Below, piece by piece: positions 14,298 through 27,504 of a stretch of DNA of 64,000 nucleotides. The notes beneath the pieces were generated by a model, which saw only the letters and a program-made list of their open reading frames with translations, was not told where the DNA came from and ran no database searches. Numbering within the stretch: position 1 is the first letter of the stretch; each line of letters begins with the position of its first letter. The stretch is from Octopus vulgaris (Eukaryota): the NCBI GenBank assembly GCA_951406725.2, contig OX597826.1, positions 68,262,001 through 68,326,000 on the forward strand. The letters run 5' to 3'. A program made the translations under genes and the position numbers.

Positions 14298-14443
14298 GTA
14301 TATATGTATATATATGTATATGTATATATATATATGTATATATATGTATATATATATATACGTATATATATATATATACATATATACATATATATACATA
14401 TATATATATACATATATACATATATATATACATATATATATAC

Positions 14444-14523
<80 letters not shown>

Positions 14524-14525
14524 GT

Positions 14526-14740
14526 GGAGGCGCAATTGCCCAGTGGTGAGGAGAGCGGACTCGCCATCGTAAGATCGCAGTTTCGATTCCCAGACCGGGC
14601 GTTGGGGCTGTTTATTGACCGAAAATATCTAAAGCTGCATGAGTCTCTGCCAGGTGTGAGGATTTACGGCAAACCCTGCAATACTCTTTCATCACAACTT
14701 TCTCTCACTCTTTTTTCCTGTTTATGTTGTACCTGTATTG
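14526..14740 (+). mobile_element. tRNA-derived SINE (distinct family)
   Basis: A-box-like tgcccagtgg and B-box-like gtttcgattccc, followed by non-tRNA sequence. Confidence 0.6.
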
Positions 14741-14816
14741 TTTATAATCTATGCCTGTTTTTTGGGGGTGGGGTTACGAAATAAGCTACGCAAAACATGT
14801 TTTTGAATTACGGGTA

Positions 14817-14904
<88 letters not shown>

Positions 14905-15149
14905 ATATATATAAGTACATGGGTTGAAAACTTTCTTCTGACATTTCACTAACCGTGTATGGTCCATGTTGGCATGGAATGGAGCATTATTAATGTAGAA
15001 AATTGGTATCTCAACTACTAGTAGTTGAGACCTGCGTAATCTAGTTGGCGTTTTAAAATTTCATTATTCTCTTAACGCGGGCAACGCCGGGTATTTCTGT
15101 TATCATATATATATATATATATATATATACATACACACACACACGTATA

Positions 15150-15182
<33 letters not shown>

Positions 15183-15187
15183 GTATC

Positions 15188-15225
<38 letters not shown>

Positions 15226-15229
15226 TGTG

Positions 15230-15372
15230 TATTTGCTTACCAGCCACATGTTTTCGGGTTCAGTCCCACTGCGTGGCAACTTGGTCAAATGTCTTTTACT
15301 GTAACCTGGAGCCGACCAAAGCCTCGTCAGTGGATTTGGTATATAGAAACTTAAAGAAACCTGTCGTATATA
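15230..15372 (+). mobile_element. SINE family B 5' half
   Basis: cgggttcagtcccactgcgtggca...gaccaaagcctcgtcagtggatttgg. Confidence 0.75.
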
Positions 15373-15384
15373 TGCATATGTTTG

Positions 15385-15416
<32 letters not shown>

Positions 15417-16874
15417 GGGGGGTCGTTTGTGTGTGCCTGTGTGCGTGAGTTTCAGTTATATTAGTGAAAGAGGACCACAGCTGGAAAAAAGACTGTCATG
15501 GACGGTTTGGTGCTTTCACTATTTGAAAAGTAGAAATATGGAAGCGGAAAGCAACGGTGAAACATTGATGAACGGAAGGCAGATAACGTAGGCACAAAAA
15601 GGGGAAAGTCGCCGAGACGTTGTAGGCAGACGGACGAGTTTCGCGATGAATTTATAGAGAAGGGAAACCTCCATTAGAGCAGTGGTGTTTGGTGGTCGCT
15701 TTCTGGAATGGAATATATAATAAAGAATGGAAAACTAAAAGTATCATGATTGAAAGGAAAAGGGTAGGAAAAACACCAATGAGCAATGTCTTTTATTTAC
15801 ATTTGCTCATATTTTCATCAAGTATATATATTCTCTCAGCCGCTAAACCGTGATAAAGCTCTATTCATAAGAATAAACCACAGGATAATATATTTGATTA
15901 TGCGTACAATTTGTAGGGTAAAATTAATTTGTATTTTATATTTATGAATTCGAATTGTTGCGAAGAGACGTAATAAGCTAAACATAGTATTTCTTTTTTG
16001 TCTTCCATAATTAAATACGTCTAAAATATATAGTTGGAAGGTAGTATACTTATTTAAATATATAGAAATTTTAAGTAATGTATGAATTTTAAATTAGCTA
16101 CGACAAAGAACATTAATATAGATGTGTCTGAATGTTTCATAAAGTTAAATAAACATAGTTAAATGTATTAACAAAAGTATTACAAAATATATTATAAGAA
16201 AAGCTTCGTGATTATATTAGCCAAATATCAATACCATCTTTTAGAGAATGATACAGTGCACACAACCTTTCTCTCGTTTCACACGTTCGCTTCTCCTACG
16301 CGAAAAGTGTTTCTGTGGTTCAACTTTCCTTCATATCAAAGATTAGAGCCAGTTCAAAGAGATCTGAGTTCGCCGTTTGAAAGATATTTTGATTTGAGAC
16401 GGTCCTCGATTATAATCGTAATTCATATTCGACCGATTCAGATTAACTATGACCCAGCGCATGGATATATGCAACGTAGACAAGATGTGTTTTCGGTGGT
16501 TGAGAGGTAGTTGTCCATGCATGCAAATCACTCCTTCCACGCCACCAAAATTTATCGATTGGATGAAACGGATAAAGCTTGACACTCGTACCATCAATAC
16601 GATATATACTGCAATGCATCTTTCCCGGACCTCCAAAAGTTCCATAAACCCACCATCATCGATCGGTACTTATTGGAGCTGTCAAAGTCGATCTCGGATA
16701 TCTAGTCTCGGATGTATCTGAAATCGGAGAATCGGGACGAATCATTATATTTAAACACTCCAAACAATTCGTAATCTACAATTGCAACTTATCTCCACTA
16801 TAACTTTAAAAGTACTGGTAAATGAAGTGTGTTTCTTGTAGGAACACATTTCGTTTGGCGTATCACAATATATA

Positions 16875-17097
16875 TTTCTTTGTTGCCCACAAGGTGCTAA
16901 ACATAGAGGGGACAAAAAAGAGAGACAAAGAGATTATGTCGATTACATCGACCCCAGTGCCTAACTGGTACTTTATTTATCAACCCCGAAAGGATGAAAG
17001 GCAAAGTCGACCTCGGCGGAATTTCAACTCAGAACGTAACGGCAGACGAAATACCGCTACGCATTTCGCCCGGCGTGCTAACGTTTCTACCAGCTCG
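16875..17097 (-). mobile_element. SINE family A copy
   Basis: aaggatgaaaggcaaagtcgacctcggcggaattt...gaaataccgctacgcatttcgcccggcgtgctaacg. Confidence 0.9.
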
Positions 17098-18202
17098 AAT
17101 GCTGTCCAATCTCAGTTTGTGACGTCAGGCCAAATTGTTAGAAACGACATTTGTGTGGATCTGTTTTAAGCAATCGCTCACCCCTTGAGACATTCATAAG
17201 GAGACACAACTGTGATGAGATAGTGATATTCAAGAAATGTCGATCCATCGACGGACAGCGATAGAAATAGAATTTCCAGATGTTAAACAAAAACACCAAG
17301 GTTGCGATAAAATAAATTAACTAAAGCGATGTATTCAAAAACTCAAAAGTTATACATCTCCATGGACATGGACAATTGAAGGATCTGGCTACGCTGTTGG
17401 TAGAGAAGATACCACACTAGACACAACTGCCTTGAAAACACAATTAAAGACGACTGTGATGGGACATATTGACAGGGAGAGGCACATTGACATCTAGGGC
17501 ACATGGGTTCAGTTGCTCTCATTTCTGCGCTCATGACCTTATAGCCAATTGTTTTAGGTACAATAAATAACCACTAAAATTATACGTTTACTAACATTTA
17601 CATGAATTCAACAGAATCAAATTCTTGTAAATGTAAGATCACAACTGTAAGAAAATTGAAATACTTATAACAATCTGTTGTTCACAACTAGAAGAAATTG
17701 GTATAAAAAATATATCGATATTTCCTAGAAAGGGCATAATGCATAGTGCTATAACGGTTAAATGTGTATAACATTTAAATGGCGCAAAAAGTCAAATGGG
17801 CAATGCACTTGCCAAGGGTTATAAAGGTTATTATTACAGATGAAACATAATGCACTCGATAACTCGAATTTCATCCCTTTAGGTTATACACGTTTCTTTA
17901 AGAATACATTCTATATGTATGTATTTCATCATGTATGTCTGTTGGTGTATTGCTTATGTAGGTACATATATGCGTATATGTATATATGTATACATGTATA
18001 TATATATATGCGCGTACGTGTGTGTGTGTGTGTGTATGTGAGTGTGTGTGTGTGTGTGTACGAGCATGTGTGCGTGCACGCGTGATTGTGTGATCTAGTG
18101 AAGGTGGTGTCCGAACATTGTCTAATGTTAAAAAATGATACATATATATACATATATGTATATATATATATATATATATATTTGTGTGTGTGTGTGTGTA
18201 CG

Positions 18203-18237
<35 letters not shown>

Positions 18238-18440
18238 TGCAAATTGGCATGAAATAGGCATTCTTTAAGAAGTACTGCAATTGATTCGACACATATTTAA
18301 CTATATATATATATGAATGTATATATATATATATATGTATATATGAATGTGTATATATATTTATATAAACTATGTATGTATATATACATACAAATATATA
18401 CATATATACATACACACACATATACACGCACACCCACACG

Positions 18441-18510
<70 letters not shown>

Positions 18511-19726
18511 CTTACAGATATGTGTATATCTTTAACGTATATGTATGTATATTCATGTATCTAGAATGATTGTATAGCATATATTGATAAATGTATATAA
18601 TGACAGTATTCCTGAATGGCGAATGAGAACGATGTACTTTGGAACACATTTGCAATAAGTCATTTGGTATTTAAAGTAAATTCTATTCCTGAACAATATC
18701 ATATAAACTTGTTTGTGAATTTGAATTTGAAAAACACAGATATTATCCTTCTTTCTTTTGTTACATCCTTAACTCTCATTAATTATAAATTATTAATTAT
18801 TCTTCCCAGCTATTTTTTTTCTAAACTCATTAACTTCAACCTTTGTCTAGTATCCCATGTCGGGTTTGTGCGGATAACAATTGTTTCCCTTGGCACGTAC
18901 GTTTTTGATTAATCTAAATTTCAAATTAATTTCACCATTCAAACTGTACTTATACAAACTCAATACGTACACAAATATTGAAAAACATTTATTACTCACA
19001 TGATTCACCCTCTTATCGCTCTCTCCTCCTCCTCTCTATGCAGCTCTCCCCCTTTCGATTGTTCTACATTTTGTCGCACACAATGTTTCACTGATTAAAT
19101 CTTCACTTCTCTCGATATTTATATAACTTTCTCTTCCTAGTATCTCAATGATCGCATCTATTTTACTATTTTATTCGAATATTCAGCTTAATACTTCGGT
19201 CTTCCATCTATCAAAACTCCCATGTTAACATTTACAAAATAAAGTCCTACCTACTTACTCATATCCTGGTTAAACTGAGTCCTCTTAGGGAAATATGTTA
19301 TAATATGTAAGATATTGTTCTAAATGAAAACCAATGTTTATGCTTTACAATATAAACTGAGTAAAACCGCATTCGTTGGGTTTGTTGGCAACGCAATAAT
19401 TTATTTATGTCTGAGACCAACAACAGTATCAATAATAAAAATAATAATCCTTTCTACTAAAGGCATAAGGTCTGAAATTTTGAGTGAAGAAATAGTCATC
19501 AAAGTCTCGTGCTCAAGAACACAACAAGCACCCCGGTCCGGGAAATGCAGTCACAACCCCACGATTCTAAGCTCGACGTTCTAACCACGTCTTAACTCAT
19601 GTATATGTATTTATATATATATATACACACATAATACATTGTTCTAGAACAAAACATACCATCTAGATCAGAAATGAACACAAAATCTTATGTATATCTC
19701 TTGTATATCTTATTCCAATTTATTAA

Positions 19727-20905
19727 AGCAGTGAGCCGGCAGAACCGTTAACACGCTTAGCAAAATGCTGAACCGCAGTGCTTCCGTCTTTACGTTCTGA
19801 GTTCAAATTCCCCCGAGGTTAACTTTGCCTTTCATTCTCTGAGGAAGCAATAAAACAGACACCAGTTGAACATTGGAGAACGATGAAATCGGCATCCCCA
19901 TCTACTACCGAAAAATGTTGAACATTAATTATTCTAAGGCAGAAACGTTAGCATGCCGGGTGAAATACTTCACGGTATTTCGTCTGCCGTTACGTTGTGA
20001 GTTCAAATTCCGCCGAGGTCGACTTTGCCTTTCATCCTTTCGGGGTCGATAAATTAAGTACCAGTTACGCACTGGGGTCGATGTAATCGACTTAATACCT
20101 ATGTCTGTCCTTGTTTGTCCTCTCTGTGTTTAGCCCCTTGTGGGTAATTAAGAAATAGGTATTTCGTCTGTCTTTACGTTCTGAGTTCACATTCCGCCGA
20201 GGTCGACTTTGCCTTTCGTTTTTTCGGGGTTGATAAATTAAATACCAATAACATACCGGGGCCGGTATAATCTATTGGCTCCCTGCCCCAAAATTTCGGG
20301 CCTTGTGCCAAGAGTAGAAAAGAATATTGTCTTTAAGACAGCGAGCTGTCAGAAACGTTCCCACACTGGGCGAAATCCTTAGCGGTATTTCGTCTGCTGT
20401 TGCGTTCTGAGTTCAAATTCTGCCGATGTCGACTTTGCCTTTCATCCTTTCGGGGTAGATAAATTAAGTACCAGTTACGCACTGGGATCGATGTAATCGA
20501 CTTAATCCGTTTTTCTGTCCTTGTTTGTCCCCTCTGTGTTTAGTCCCTTGTGGGTAGTAAATAAATATTTCGTCTGTCTTTACGTTCTGAGTTGAAATTC
20601 CGCCGATGCCGACTTTGCCTTTTATATTTTCAAGGTCAATAGATTAAGTACCAGTTGCGCACTGGGGTCGATCTTATCGACTGGTCACCTCCCCATATAT
20701 TCCAGGCCTTGTGGCTAGAATAGAAAAGTATATTATTTTTTCTAAGAAAAAGAGAAGAGCGTACGTTGCTTGACAGACTAATTACAGTTTTTAACACCCG
20801 ATAATGCTTAGAAGTATTTCGTCTGTAATTACGTTCTGAGTTTAAATTCCACCAAGGTCGACTTTGCTTTCATCCTTTCGGGGTTGATAAACTAAGCACC
20901 AGTTG
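19727..20905 (+). mobile_element. Cluster of about 6 tandem and nested SINE family A units
   Basis: The core gagttcaaattccgccgaggtcgactttgcctttcatcctttcggggtcgataaattaagtaccag recurs at about 19800, 20000, 20183, 20409, 20589 and 20838, with two alternative tail types. Confidence 0.92.
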
Positions 20906-21511
20906 CTTACAAAGAAAAAAAAAACTCAATAGAAAAGTTGTCAATTCGGAAAAGATTGCAGAGAAAGAGAATAAATACGACTCATAAAGAATAATAGCGA
21001 TGATGTGCACTAGGAAGACAAACTTACAAACATGAAGAGAGAAAAAATTCTGGAATTTCGGGGAGAAGAAAATTATCTGATTTCAACAGAGTTTGAACTC
21101 AAAACAATGAAGCGAAGTGATAAAATACTATCAACATTTTTGTCTTCGTCTCTATGAATTCAACATTTGTCTGTTCTACGTACGGGAATGATAATAATTT
21201 ACGGAAATTTAAGATGTTTGTTCTGTAAAGATGAATAGGTTGACAAGAAAAGGGCACCAAAGAGTACAAAAGACGACTATTTTTTTTGTTTTTGTTTCAA
21301 ATATTTGATGCTTTCAAGAAGCCAGCGAGCAGGCAGGTGGCCTTTCTTGTCACTGAGAGACAACATTAATTCAAGAAGGAAATGACATACATAAAACGGA
21401 TGCGAAAATGTATACGAAGTTTTATGTGTGTGTATGTGATTGTTTGTGTGTGTGTGTGTGTAAGTACACACGTACATACATACACGCATACATACGTATA
21501 TATATATATAT

Positions 21512-21557
<46 letters not shown>

Positions 21558-21596
21558 ATAACTACATACACCTATATATATATATATATATATGGA

Positions 21597-21633
<37 letters not shown>

Positions 21634-21912
21634 TTAAAATTCATACACACAAACATAAGGACATTGGTATATAATGTGTTTGATGCATACACCCACGACT
21701 ACTATGGACACACCTCACTCGTGTACTTACGCTCAAAACTACAGATACAAAGGCGCGCAAATACGTATATCCCTCTCTACATATAATTACATATTATACA
21801 TACACTAATAGTAGCGCACGCACACACACACATAACATACACTTATGCATGTGTATATACACACACACCCACACTTGAATATATACACATATATAGATAT
21901 ATGTGTTTGTAT

Positions 21913-21965
<53 letters not shown>

Positions 21966-23864
21966 TCTATATGTACATATGTGGGTATACGCACAAATGA
22001 AGAGACATAGACACACATATGTATCTATATATACATGTATGTGTGTATATACATACTCACCTCTATACACACGCCATCTTGTATTTACTGTAGAATGTTC
22101 TTTAAGAAAACATGATTCAAACTTCAAAGAAGCGGAAAAAGCAGATAAATGTGACGTGCCTTGTTTACCTGGCTGTTGTTTACGTCACCGGAAATAGTTT
22201 GTTCAAATATATACACATGCTACAGATAGAATACGTTGGACATACACACACGACGCCATACTTAAATATATATATATATATATATCGCGCAAACATACTC
22301 TGACACAGACACACATCAAAACATACAAATGCATACTTAGATACATACACACATACATATATACATATAGTAATGCGTATATATAATGTGTGCCTGTTCG
22401 TTATATTCAATTATATTCAGTACAATAATTCCTATGATTGCTGCCATTGTTCCTTCTGTCTTTGCTTCTTGTTGTTGTTGTTGATGCTACTGTTTTCTTT
22501 TCCCGTCAATTTGCATGCAGTTTATCATTCGAGCAATGTCCTATTGAGGTTGTAATTTGCCTTCTTGATACTCTGGTTGGCAGATTTAATTCTGCCCTAG
22601 ACACACTCTAAAGTTTCGCCGCTTCTAATTCTTAGATGTACTTTCTTGGGTTCCATTCAACACTAAGTTTGGACGTCCACGTATCAGGAATACATAATCG
22701 CAATTATCTGGTTTCCCCTGAATTCTGTTTAAACTTTGTGTCCCACCATCTCATAAACCGCTTGCACAATTCCTTAGCGATATTGACATTGATGGCTGCA
22801 CCCATGTTTTTAATGTATAGTTTATTACTGAAATTACAAACGCAGGTAGGGGGGGGGGGGCTTTCTGCGATATTTTTATGGTAGCAGTAACACACAGGAC
22901 CATTTTCTAAACTGAATATGGCTCTCTAGATATTAGATGGATTCTAACTATACATCCCAATATTCTATGGAGGCGGTGCCGTTTTGTACTGCTGAGATAA
23001 TGAGTGTCGTTCCGCAATCTTCAGCTCTTGTAGAGAAAAATCATTTTTCCTCCTATTTATTTAAATATTTCATTTTCGTATGCAAGTTATATGTGAGGAC
23101 ACACTTCGTTGGCTTCAGCCTCACGTTATCTATCACTCTTGCAAATCATTTCTAAATGAATCTACTAAACAGTAAAATCAATATCGATCTATGGCTATAG
23201 TGTAACCATATCCATGTTTCCTATTATGCAACCTTTCAGGTCGTAAGTTTAGTTACAATAATTGAGGTCTTCTGTACTATTGCAGATGTGCGGAGACATC
23301 TCCACTGGTGGCTGTGTGATAATATATAATCGACATCAGTACAATATTAAAATACAGAATTGTAACTAATCTAATGTATATGCTTATATTGATACATGTG
23401 TGCGAATGCTTGCATACGTGAATATATGTATACATTTGTAGGTAAGTAAGCAAGTAAGTAGGTGTTCGCGGTGCAGCCGTGTGGGTGTGTATGTTTAAAG
23501 ATAAGTGGAGATAAGTATTTCTGATGAGATATAACAAGCCAATTATTGCTAGTGGTATCACGCATGGATAGCTGAAATAAAAATGAATGACAAGCCACAA
23601 AACACTTGATAGAACGAGAAGATAGTTGCATCACGAACAAACCACTACAGTAACGACAACAACAACGGCAACAACGAAGAGCAAGAATAACTACAGCGGC
23701 AAATAAATACACAACATTATGTGTATGTACATGTATGTGGTTGTGTGTTTGTAAGTCTGTGTGCGTATGTATGTTTAGATACTTACATATACTCAGGAAT
23801 ATAAGCCAGCGAGTAATGAAGCCTGACTTTCAAAATAGAACTCAATAAAACACAGACACAGACA

Positions 23865-23956
<92 letters not shown>

Positions 23957-23975
23957 AACACACACACACACACAT
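23865..23975. repeat. (CA)n microsatellite
   Basis: Long CA run. Confidence 0.97.
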
Positions 23976-24524
23976 GAACACATACACGCGTGCACAAACG
24001 CACACTCACTCATATATATATAAATACCGTTATATACACAAATACACACGGCACTACCGTTTCCTCCTCTACCACCGTTCCGAGCAGCACCATCGCCGCC
24101 ACCATCACCACTACAATCCCAATTAAACGTTCAACGTACACACATTCATACACATAAGGTAAACACAAATAACCGAACATGACGAAAAATTACCGTTACA
24201 TTCCGCCATGTGGCAACATTCAAACGAAATGAATTAGCTCCGATAATGTGAATGCGGGCTGCACCTTCATCGATAAGGATCACATGCTGTGAGACAGACC
24301 ATTGACAAATCAATTAATCAATTGATTAATTAACTTAGTCATTAGCTAATTAATTGCTGATAAAACGGAAGTAAAATACAACGAGAGCGTGTGTTATAAT
24401 TAGAAACATGGCGATTTCAACGTACAGCGCTATCTACTTCAGCACACGATTTCACGCCAGGAGTCTTGCAAAATAAAAGCAAGAACAACGACCATAACGA
24501 TAGCAACAACAACAATGAAAGTAA

Positions 24525-24739
24525 CAAGGATTTCAAGATTTGACACAAGGCCAGCAATTTCAGAGGAGCGAGTAAGTCGATTATGTCGGCGCCAGTGATC
24601 AACTGTTATTTAATCGCATTTTCTCGTTTCCGAACGGATCAAAGTAATCTCGAACTCGGCGGATTTTGATGTCAAAACACAAAGACGGGTGAAATGCTTA
24701 CTCGTTGCCTTAATAATAATAATAATAATAATAATAATG

Positions 24740-24821
<82 letters not shown>

Positions 24822-24886
24822 GAAGAAGAAGAAGAAGAAGAAGAAGAAGAAGAAGAAGAAGAAGAAGAAGAAGAAGAAGAAGAAGA

Positions 24887-24955
<69 letters not shown>

Positions 24956-25105
24956 TTTTCTGTTATAGGCACAAGGCCTGTAATTTGAGATGGGGCGGAT
25001 AGTCGATTATATCGACCGCAGTGTTTCACTGTTACTTAATTTATTCACCCCGAAATGGTGAAAGGCAATGTCGACGTCGGCGGAATTTGAACTCAGAACA
25101 TAAGA
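24525..25105 (-). mobile_element. Two degenerate SINE family A copies separated by a trinucleotide array
   Basis: cacaaggcc tails at about 24544 and 24970, and ggcggaatttgaactc-like B-boxes at about 24655 and 25080. Confidence 0.7.
24712..24955. repeat. Compound (AAT)n(GAT)n(GAA)n(AAT)n microsatellite
   Basis: Directly visible. Confidence 0.97.
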
Positions 25106-25367
25106 ACACGACAGTTTAAATTGCCCATCTAGACTCCTCGTGTGATCTGTTCAAAATATCACCGCAGTGAATATAATGAGCAAGGCAAAGCATTTCTTAT
25201 CCAGTGTCAGAAATCCGGGATCTGGAATTATCCAATATGCTTTTGCTAGTTTATTTTGTCTCTTTGTCTTCTATCATGGCGCTGTATGACCATTTAATGC
25301 GGTTTTAGAGTCAAGTTTTGGCTGCTATATCTTGTATGGTGGTAACTCTTAGACACTCTTAATTATG

Positions 25368-25402
<35 letters not shown>

Positions 25403-25975
25403 TATTATTATATTTTTTTTTCTAGTTTCAGCTCAGAGCTGCGGCTATGCTGATGCACCGCCGTTATATATATATACGCATCTGAGATGACGTGAAAACG
25501 TTAGTCGGAAACATTTTCATTCTACCCAGAATGTGGTGCGTTACCTCCTCATTCATATTGGCCCAGAAAACCGAATTAAGCCGAGTCTCTCGAGAACCTA
25601 TCTGACAGTGATATATTTACCTTCTGCTCTTTTATCATACATTATATTCCTCGCGTTAGTAGTCATTCCTCTCTGTCAATCTTTTCCTTTATCACTCCAT
25701 CATCTTGCCACCACCCCCTCTCCTTCTACCATTCATTCTTAGTCTTTCACACATATTTTCTTTTACGTTCTATTACACTTTATATTCACGTGTCCATCAT
25801 TCTTCCGCACACGAATACTAACAAAAGTACATATATACAGACCGGGGAGATTCTATGTGTTTGTTCGACCTATTAAGAATAGCATCTAAATTTCCCCACC
25901 AATTAAGCTTGCTGTATTAAGCAAGATAGCGATACATAGGATATTGTACAGTTCTAAATTAAAAGATCAAGAATT

Positions 25976-26436
25976 ATGTACATTATTTACATTATTTATA
26001 TTTGGCGGATATTTTTCTTCATCTTGTTTGTTGTTAACACAACGTTTCGGCTGATATACCTATTTCTTTATTACCCACAAGGGGATAAACATAGAGGGGT
26101 CAGACACAAGTATTAAGTCGATTACATCGACCCCAGTGCGTAACTGGTACTTAATTTATCGACCCCGAAAGGATGAAAGGCAAAGTCGACCTCGGCGGAA
26201 TTTGAACTCACAACGTAACGACAGACGAAATACGGCTACGCATTTCACACGGCGTGCTAATGTTTCTGCCAGCTCGCCGCCCTATATACCCTCCAACCTT
26301 CATCACGTGTCTTGGGGAAATTTCGAACCTGGGTTGTCATTCTTAAGATATTTTTTCGATGTTATTATTATTATTATTAATGTCACTGCCTGGAATTGAA
26401 CTCGGAATCTTGGGGTTAGTAGCTCGCGCTCTTAAG
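25976..26436 (-). mobile_element. tRNA-headed element with a hammerhead-like 3' module (family C), interrupted by a SINE A insertion
   Basis: Minus strand: ttaagagcgcgagctactaaccccaagattccgagttcaattccaggcagtg-(TAA)n-...gacac GTGATGA A GGTTG..[SINE]..CAGCC GAA ACGT T gtgtt. Homologous to 26575-26745. Confidence 0.8.
26061..26282 (-). mobile_element. Full-length SINE family A with TSD atatacc
   Basis: Complete head to tail; atatacc flanks it at 26054-26060 and 26284-26290. Confidence 0.9.
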
Positions 26437-26574
26437 AAGTAGCACACATGCTAGTACACAATGATCTCCTAAGCAGACCGAGTGCAGGTATGAATAGCAT
26501 ATGGGAACCGGTATTAAGAAAGGATAGGTGAATATTAGATTTATAAACCTTAAAATTCCCTTCATAATTGCATA

Positions 26575-26745
26575 TGGCATAGGGGTTAAGAGCGAGGGCT
26601 ACTAACCCCAAGATACCGAGTTCGATCCCAGGCAGTGACCTTAATAATAATAATAATAATAATCAATATAATAACATAGAAAAATACCTTAGGAATTTCG
26701 AACCTAGGTTCGAAATTTCCCCAAGACATCAGCCGAAAAGTTGCA
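26575..26745 (+). mobile_element. Family C copy, head-to-head with 25976-26436, HHR core deleted
   Basis: A box TGGCATAGGGG (26575-26585), B box GAGTTCGATCCC (26618-26629), then (TAA)n and ggttcgaaatttccccaagaca-tcagccgaaaagttg. Confidence 0.8.
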
Positions 26746-27504
26746 TTTTCTCATAGATCTACTCGTTGATACATGATCTTAGGTGAAACGACAACAACAA
26801 CAGCATAGTTGAAATGAGATAGCAGTTTTAGTGTTGTTGTAGTAGTAGTAGTTGTGGATCAAAACACACCGAATGGTGTCCACCGTCTTTGTGCGGTGGG
26901 TACGTAGAACCGCATTATATAACAGACCCTGCTTTCATTTCTATCAAAATTTTGTAACGTGTGGTTCGAGAATTTGAATTTGGCTGCTATTTCTAGGTGA
27001 TTAAGCATTAGCTAAGCATTTCCATATCGGTTTGAAGGTTTATAGTAGCTGTTCGATTTCTTGCGATTGCCCTAAATTTATTTTAGTTTTAACTCTACCT
27101 GAGGATACAGATTCCAAAAGGTTTTTCACTTTTTAAGATATGGCGACAGAATTTAAGGATATCAGGATGTCATTATTAGCATTCAAACTGACCATGTTCT
27201 GGGCCTCTCAACTGATGAGAGCGCCATCTAATTACGTTGCCTTCATTTCATACTTTGTTCTCAACTATTTACTCTTGTTGAGCGAGACGAGCTTTCTGGT
27301 AGAGCAACTCAACATGGCCTGAAACGAATTATATCATGAGCGAGAAGATTCCACAAAGCATATTTCTCTCTTTTTTTCTTAATCTTTATAAAATATATGT
27401 TTTCTCCTAGATAAGAATATAGTCCTTGCCGATTTGCTTAAGATGAATGTGAAAAAATAATTTGTCTTCCCGTTTATGTAAGAGGCATTTGGCTATTTGT
27501 AATA

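Noticed and set aside
17343-17534. Cys-rich short ORF
   Set aside because: No frame gives a recognisable domain and adjacent frames contain many stops.
22540-22810. Possible pogo/Tigger transposase remnant (MGAAINVNIAK/GIVQ)
   Set aside because: Needs frameshifts and stops and only a short motif resembles the family; cannot be supported without a search.
26575-26640. tRNA gene (also 14526 and 59183)
   Set aside because: A and B boxes are present, but there is no complete acceptor stem or poly-T terminator, and each continues into a repeat body. Treated as SINE heads.
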